A stretch of DNA of 64,000 nt from Patescibacteria group bacterium (GTDB lineage: Bacteria; Patescibacteriota; Microgenomatia; UBA1400; Chisholmbacteraceae): assembly GCA_022564195.1 (NCBI GenBank), contig JADFLW010000003.1, positions 12,747-76,746 of the forward strand. The letters run 5' to 3'. The translations under genes and the position numbers were made by a program. The stretch's first letter is position 1, and every line of letters starts with the position of its first letter. The notes under the pieces were generated by a model, which was given only the letters and a program-made list of their open reading frames with translations, was not told the origin of the DNA and did no database searches. Of this stretch, positions 63,998 to 64,000 are shown one piece after another.

Positions 63998-64000
63998 TCA

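Larger units (their letters stand above)
51930..64000 (-). mobile_element. GC-rich island, putative integrative/conjugative-type element fragment (right end outside window)
   Basis: Abrupt rise in GC, shown by dense overlapping spurious ORFs in all frames. There is also a strand switch, a location just after tRNA-Val plus one gene, and a T4SS-like gene order. No integrase or relaxase lies inside the window. Confidence 0.45.

Noticed and set aside
1-64000. CRISPR arrays, rRNA genes, transposase/IS elements and integrase genes.
   Set aside because: None seen. There are no regularly spaced direct repeats, no rRNA-like sequence, and no DDE, tyrosine- or serine-recombinase motifs in any credible ORF.

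Overview
The window has two compositionally distinct parts. All calls come from reading motifs and helices by eye; no searches were run, and coordinates of small elements may be off by 1-2 nt.

(1) 1 to ~51.9 kb is a moderate-GC, very tightly packed, almost entirely plus-strand bacterial chromosome segment. Small-genome style suggests CPR/Patescibacteria-like, but that is inference only. It carries:
- a ~18 kb envelope glycosylation locus: three GT-C/PMT-like membrane transferases, five GT4, two GT2, an O-antigen-ligase-like protein, an LbH acetyltransferase, a ManC-like pyrophosphorylase, a priming sugar-phosphate transferase and a DUF4012-like protein;
- recO and glyQS;
- an expanded dcw/peptidoglycan super-cluster: mraZ-rsmH-ftsL-ftsI-murE-[two GlmU-like]-pgeF-murC-murB-murA-glmS-dgkA-mraY-murI-murD-ftsW-murG-ftsQ-ftsA-ftsZ;
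- ileS, rodA, rplU-methyltransferase-rpmA, parB, lepB, tRNA-Val(CAC) and a cupin gene.

(2) ~51.93-64.0 kb runs off the window and switches abruptly to GC-rich DNA. It holds one minus-strand operon of membrane proteins, a ~766-aa P-loop ATPase, a TM-anchored M23 cell-wall hydrolase and, last, a divergent Rho-family ATPase. The gene order resembles Gram-positive-type type IV secretion modules (VirB6-/VirB3-/VirB4-/hydrolase-like).

The key signal is that this operon is punctuated by three homologous 0.4-0.6 kb intergenic cassettes. Each contains a complete type III hammerhead ribozyme motif on the coding strand, with covarying stems. A recurring hairpin-ACUAC-Shine-Dalgarno leader also precedes every cistron group.
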